Assembly: GCA_963767925.1 (NCBI GenBank)
Contig: CAVYGB010000010.1
Coordinates: 1,312,001 to 1,376,000 of the forward strand
Direction of reading: 5' to 3'
Origin: an uncultured delta proteobacterium
GTDB taxonomy: Bacteria; Myxococcota_A; Polyangia; Fen-1088
DNA: 64,000 nucleotides
The notes under the pieces were generated by a model. It made no database searches. It saw nothing but the letters and a program-made list of their open reading frames with translations, and was not told the origin of the DNA. Below, piece after piece: positions 63,444 through 64,000 of this stretch (position 1 is its first letter; each line of letters opens with the position of its first letter). The position numbers and the translations under genes are program-made.

Positions 63444-63520
63444 GGGTGAGGGGAGCCCGCCCGGGCTGAGGCGCCGCCCCTCACCCTGCCCTCTCCCCAC
63501 GGCAGACCGCGGGGAGAGGG
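63444..63520. repeat. REP-like element
   Basis: CCTCTCCCCACGGCAGACCGCGGGGAGAGG is identical to the copy at 8556-8585. Confidence 0.82.
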
Positions 63521-63579
63521 TTCTTCAGAGTCAGGCTCGCCTGGGGGCCCACCGCTCGCCGTCTATCCTGGCGGGGCGC

Positions 63580-63999
63580 TCAGTCTATCCGGCGGGTCTG
63601 GCAGCCGAAGGCGAGGTCGACGGTGGCGGCTTGCTGGGTCTTGAAGCGCTCGCAGGTGGCGGGGCAGACGAGGACGCGGGTGGGCGTGCCCTGGGCGGGC
63701 GGGACGTCGTAGTACCAGCCGCCGCGGGTGGCGTCGCAGCGGTCGGGTTGCTCCACGTAGAGGACGTCCTCGCTGGCGCTGGCGCTCTTCCACTGCAGGT
63801 TGACCCGGCCGTAGTCGATGGCCCCGGCCTGGGGCGCGGGGATGGAAAACGCGCAGGGCAACACCGCCCCGCGGATGGTCTCGAGCGCGGCCAGGAACTT
63901 CGCCGACAGGTCGGCGTTCGGCTCGAGGATGATCGCCTGGCCGGTGCCGCCCGCCCGGGCCAGCTCGTCGAAGGTCAACTGCGCCTGGCCGCCGGCGAG
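63580..63999 (-). CDS. C-terminus of a myxobacterial VWA-type protein, 5'-partial
   Basis: LARAGGT, ALETIRG..LPC, GGWYYD, VCPATC, FGCQT; frame is open to the window edge. Confidence 0.75.
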   Translation of the reverse strand, partial: LAGGQAQLTFDELARAGGTGQAIILEPNADLSAKFLAALETIRGAVLPCAFSIPAPQAGAIDYGRVNLQWKSASASEDVLYVEQPDRCDATRGGWYYDVPPAQGTPTRVLVCPATCERFKTQQAATVDLAFGCQTRRID

Positions 64000-64000
64000 G

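Overview
GC-rich chromosomal window, probably from a myxobacterium (Myxococcota). This is an inference from the gene types: VWA lipoproteins, a MYXO-CTERM-like motif, a DUF1592/DUF1552 pair, an FHA-sigma54 activator, a Ser/Thr kinase and an AglR/TolQ-like protein. Bases 1-4.6 kb are a decayed mobile region: an IS66 inserted in the 3' end of an IS21 istA remnant, which is fused to a MOBF-like relaxase stub, followed by 15-bp tandem repeats and an ATPase-DUF234 gene. The rest is about 45 mostly envelope, metabolic and regulatory genes, with REP-like palindromes at four loci. About 12 single-base insertions break five genes between 12.8 and 27.1 kb; these are most likely long-read errors. The best candidate for an undescribed system is a PadR / 'permease-prefix'-TonB / TolQ-ExbB locus (43.4-45.6 kb) with two matching palindromic operators. 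Other highlights: a sigma54 promoter feeding an ECF sigma plus FHA-activator unit beside two c-type cytochrome lipoproteins and a beta-barrel-like protein; a phosphatase-TPR ORF with an internal sorting signal; an orphan ClpX paralog; two hidden tandem paralogs; and a dif-like site. No rRNA, tRNA or CRISPR array was recognised. All family calls come from motif recognition by eye; no searches were run.
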